A DNA stretch of 64,000 nt from Eledone cirrhosa. Taxonomy: Eukaryota. Below, piece by piece: positions 58,833 through 64,000 of the stretch (position 1 is the first letter of the stretch; every line of letters starts with the position of its first letter). Under the pieces are notes generated by a model. That model worked only from the letters and a program-made list of their open reading frames with translations, did no database searches and was not told the DNA's origin. Position numbers and translations under genes: made by a program. Location of the stretch: assembly GCA_964016885.1 (NCBI GenBank), contig OZ024740.1, positions 428,048,001-428,112,000 on the forward strand, written 5' to 3'.

Positions 58833-59027
58833 ATGTGAAGACTAAAATCCAAAGAGGGCACGATAAGGATAAATATATATCAAATATATAAGAACTATAG
58901 AGCAAATATTTATTAAAATAATATTAAAGTTTAAGCAAAGAATCGCTGCTTTCACCCTTAACGGGATCTTCTGAAGATCCCGTTAAGGGGGAAAGCAGCG
59001 ATTCTTTGCTTAAACTTTAATCTGTTA

Positions 59028-59035
<8 letters not shown>
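58827..59035 (-). mobile_element. Family Y fold-back element
   Basis: Palindrome 58923-59021 centred on T58972; flanked by (TA)n. Confidence 0.9.
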
Positions 59036-59100
<65 letters not shown>

Positions 59101-59399
59101 CTGAGATTTCTCTGTGACCAGCGGCAATCCGTGAAGCTCATTGTAACAAGTGAGAGAATTGTTAGTAATATAATACATATAATAACTTTATTAGCTTTAT
59201 ATATGCTTCCATGTTCTCTTAACTCCCGGAGGCGTCGTAGGGTTCCCGTAGTTATATACAGTGTATCTAGGGCACTTTGAAACCTGGCGGAGCCCGATCG
59301 TCTCCAGGCTTGAATACAGCAGATTTCTTTCAGAGAAGGAAAGAGAGATTGAATGAATAGAAGTGAGAATGAGCTATAGAGGAAGAATCGACCCGAGAT

Positions 59400-60026
59400 T
59401 GGCGTTTTTTTATCAACCCTGAATGGATGAAACATAAAGATGACCTCGGTGGTGTTTGAAGCAGACAGCCGAAGCGAATACCACAAAGCATTCTATCTGA
59501 CGTTCTAACGACTCTGTCAATTCTATCTGACGTTCTAACCACAAAGCATTCTATCTGACGTTCTAACGACTCTGTCAATTCTATCTGACGTTCTAAAGAC
59601 TCTGTCAATTCTATCTGACGTTCTAAAGACTCTGTCAATTCTATCTGACGTTCTAACCACAAAGCATTCTATCTGACGTTCTAACGACTCTGTCAATTCT
59701 ATCTGACGTTCTAAAGACTCTGTCAATTCTATTTGACGTTCTAACCACAAAGCATTCTATCTGACGTTCTAACGACTCTGTCAATTCTATCTGACGTTCT
59801 AAAGACTCTGTCAATTCTATCTGACGTTCTAACCACAAAGCATTCTATCTGACGTTCTAACGACTCTGTCAATTCTATCTGACGTTCTAAAGACACTGTC
59901 AATTCTATTTGACGTTCTAACCACAAAGCATTCTATCTGACGTTCTAACGACTCTGTCAATTCTATCTGACGTTCTAAAGACTCTGTCAATTCTATCTGA
60001 CGTTCTAAAGACTCTGTAAATTCGCC
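59400..60026 (-). mobile_element. Old SINE whose head is expanded into a minisatellite
   Basis: Minus strand GGCGAATTTACAGAGTCTTTAGAACG..CTTCAAACACCACCGAGGTC..TTTCATCC..GGGTTGATAAAA. Confidence 0.7.
59481..60017. repeat. 28/30-bp minisatellite with 88-bp higher-order unit
   Basis: 18 copies of ATTCTATCTGACGTTCTAA separated by CCACAAAGC or (C/A)GACTCTGTCA. Confidence 0.95.
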
Positions 60027-60081
60027 TCCTATGGCTTCATTATATAGAAACAACGTAATGTGAAAGCTGTAGCTTAATAAT

Positions 60082-60361
60082 TGTTTCTACTTTTGGCACA
60101 AGGCCAGCAATTATACTAGTATATTACTGGTACTTTATTTTATCGACCCCGTAAGGATGAAAGGTAAAGTTAACCTCGGCGGGATTTGAACTCAGACCGT
60201 AACTCTATGCTACAAAACATAGTGTCTGACCCTCTACCGATACTGACAATCCACCGCCAATAATAATATTAATGGTATAGGAAAATAATGGTAAAGGGAC
60301 GTAACTATGCTGGAAAGCATGGCGTCCGACCCTCTACCGATACTGCCAATCCACCGCCCTA
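60082..60361 (-). mobile_element. Composite SINE family A (extra head plus full copy) within one TSD
   Basis: CTGTAGCTTAATAAT at 60067-60081 and 60362-60376. Confidence 0.85.
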
Positions 60362-60555
60362 CTGTAGCTTAATAATGTCTGTCTTTTACATTTGGTGGAT
60401 GTTGTGGTCCGTGTTCGGATTGGCCAATTTGGAAAGTTGGGCGGACCACGTTTGGTGTGCCGCATTTTGAGGGTGAATTGCGGTTTGTTTCTAGCAGAAG
60501 TCATGAACACAGTATTTTGTGGACTGGATAGGCGCAGGAACGGTCTTATTTAGGT

Positions 60556-60598
<43 letters not shown>

Positions 60599-60606
60599 TT
60601 TCCTTA

Positions 60607-61325
<719 letters not shown>

Positions 61326-61506
61326 TAACTATAGTAGGTAAAGTCAATTTTTTAAAATTTATTTTGAAACTTTTTCATTATTTACTAAACCTTGTTTATA
61401 TTTGTTCTGGCTCGTTAATTTATTAACCTGCCATTGAACCACACTGGCATTTGGTTGGACAATACATGCGTACCTTAGCGCCTTGTGCGTGAAGGAACAC
61501 ATATCC

Positions 61507-61585
<79 letters not shown>

Positions 61586-61938
61586 ACAAAGAAATACACA
61601 GACACATGCAAATACATACATATTCAGGGATATATGTTAGTATATGTATGTATATGTATTTATTCGCATGTATCTGTGTATTTCTTTATATTGTTTATAA
61701 CTCCCTACGGTAGAGTAACTATTGAAGTATAGTGACTGCTATAAAGCTTACACTACTCACACTTCTGGCCCTCCTAGCCAACTCTTCTACGGCCTTGACA
61801 TAAATACCCCCTCCGCCTTTTGTGGTATTTTTCTCTTGGTTGTAAGAGGCCTAGCTCTGTTTCTTAACCGCTGTATCACATGATAAGTTCCCCCTCCGCC
61901 TTTCGTCCTACGGACGTGTTTTGAAACTCTAAATAAGG

Positions 61939-62034
61939 TATCCTCTTGATAAGTCGGCAAACCTCACAAAAATACTGCATCTCTATGATGTGATGTTTTT
62001 GCATAATAGCCACGAAACTACGTAGTCGAGGATA
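61939..62034 (+). ncRNA. Type-I hammerhead motif, U3-A8 variant, long stem II
   Basis: TATCCTC-TTGATAA-GTCGGC..GCCAC-GAAA-CTACGTAG-TC|GAGGATA; perfect 7-bp stem I. Confidence 0.8.
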
Positions 62035-62092
62035 ATGAAGGAATTTGGGTATATTATATCTTTTTATTTATATCTAATATTTCTTCTTTCTT

Positions 62093-62724
<632 letters not shown>

Positions 62725-62789
62725 AAGAGATTGAATTAAAAAGATAAAATTTTTATTCAGCAGTTTTCTTCCAGCATTAAACATGATTC

Positions 62790-63110
62790 TCAGTTCTAAC
62801 CACATAGACATTAGCCTCCCGCATACACCATAACGGAGAATATCTTCCTGGACTCCGAGTTTAACAGGTGAGTTGGACAAGAAACCACCACATTTAGCCA
62901 CCTTATCATGAAACAGTGGGAGAAGAGAAATCTGACCTCGAACACTGCAATTGCAGTCTTTAGGGCATTCATCCCCCAGCATACCGCTCTACCACAGAGA
63001 GGCACGGGGCCATTCTTCCGGAGAAGCATTCTGGACATTAAGTGGACCGACCGAGTCACCAGGGCCGAAGTCCTCAACCGCGTCAACGTACACAGCTTAT
63101 CCTGTGTTTA
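62790..63110. mobile_element. Scrambled RTE-like LINE fragments
   Basis: RSILDIKWTDRVTRAEVLNRVN on plus; further decayed pieces on minus. Confidence 0.55.
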
Positions 63111-63353
63111 AAAAGTAGTGTATTATATGTTAGGATAATGCTTTCTAAACATTTGGACATGAAACTTCTGAATCAGTGATGACATGGAAATCAACGACAG
63201 AAATAAGACAACAAAACTAAGATCTTTTCCCGGGGAAACGGAAGAAAACATGTCGTTGGGGGTAGTCTGAACTGAAAATGTTGACGCAAGACAGTAAATA
63301 CTGTGAGACACTTAGGGTGGTGTTGTTGTGTCTCTGATACATGAGTGTGATTG

Positions 63354-63910
63354 ACAAGTTACAGTAGAGAGTTTGAAGGTCTCTACGGTGGTGTTGTGTG
63401 TCTGAGGCACGTGTATCATACAAGTGATTCACAAGTTACAGTAGAGAGTTTGAAGGTCTCTACGGTGGTGTTGTGTGTCTGAGGCACGTGTATCATACAA
63501 GTGATTCACAAGTTACAGTAGAGAGTTTGAAGGTCTCTACGGTGGTGTTGTGTGTCTGAGGCACGTGTATCATACAAGTGATTCACAAGTTACAGTAGAG
63601 AGTTTGAAGGTCTCTACGGTGGTGTTGTGTGTCTGAGGCACGTGTATCATACAAGTGATTCACAAGTTACAGTAGAGAGTTTGAAGGTCTCTACGGTGGT
63701 GTTGTGTGTCTGAGGCACGTGTATCATACACGTGATTCACAAGTTACAGTAGAGAGTTTGAAGGTCTCTACAGTGGTGGTGTGTGTCTGAGGCACGTGTA
63801 TCATACACGTGATTCACAAGTTACAGTAGAGAGTTTGAAGGTCTCTACGGTGGTGTTGTGTGTCTGAGGCACGTGTATCATACAAGTGATTCACAAGTTA
63901 CAGTAGAGAA
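63354..63910. repeat. 77-bp tandem repeat, ~7.2 near-identical copies
   Basis: Unit starts ACAAGTTACAGTAGAGAG at 63354, 63431, 63508, 63585, 63662, 63739, 63816, 63893. Confidence 0.97.
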
Positions 63911-64000
63911 TTTGAAATTCTCGAAGATTGATGAGATTTGGCAGAGGAAATTCTTAGTTTTATTTGGCTTCATTACTTTCAATGGCGATATCGTATAAGT

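Noticed and set aside
59481-60017. CRISPR-like repeat/spacer pattern
   Set aside because: Spacers are only 9-11 nt and themselves repeated; no cas genes; eukaryotic SINE context

Overview
AT-rich, repeat-saturated eukaryotic DNA with no host protein-coding gene that I can support. The SINE, MITE and microsatellite content suggests an octopus/cephalopod genome (inference). Nearly all ORF-track entries are microsatellite or minisatellite artefacts. The real coding signal is decayed retroelements: a near-full Tx1/L1-type LINE lacking its endonuclease, three GIY-YIG Penelope-like (PLE) remnants, CRE-like and RTE fragments, and mariner pieces. About 10 copies of one tRNA-derived SINE, a piggyBac-type MITE and four minisatellites are also present. 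The most notable signal is non-coding: at least 10 unrelated short elements, mostly sitting in (TA)n tracts and often arranged as fold-back palindromes, each carrying a minimal type-I hammerhead ribozyme motif (stem I, C/UUGAN(G/A)A, stem II, GAAA, usually palindromic stem III, UH). Three belong to GIY-YIG PLEs. One occurs as a ~430-nt tandem unit resembling a retrozyme. All structures were read by eye and none has been computed or tested.
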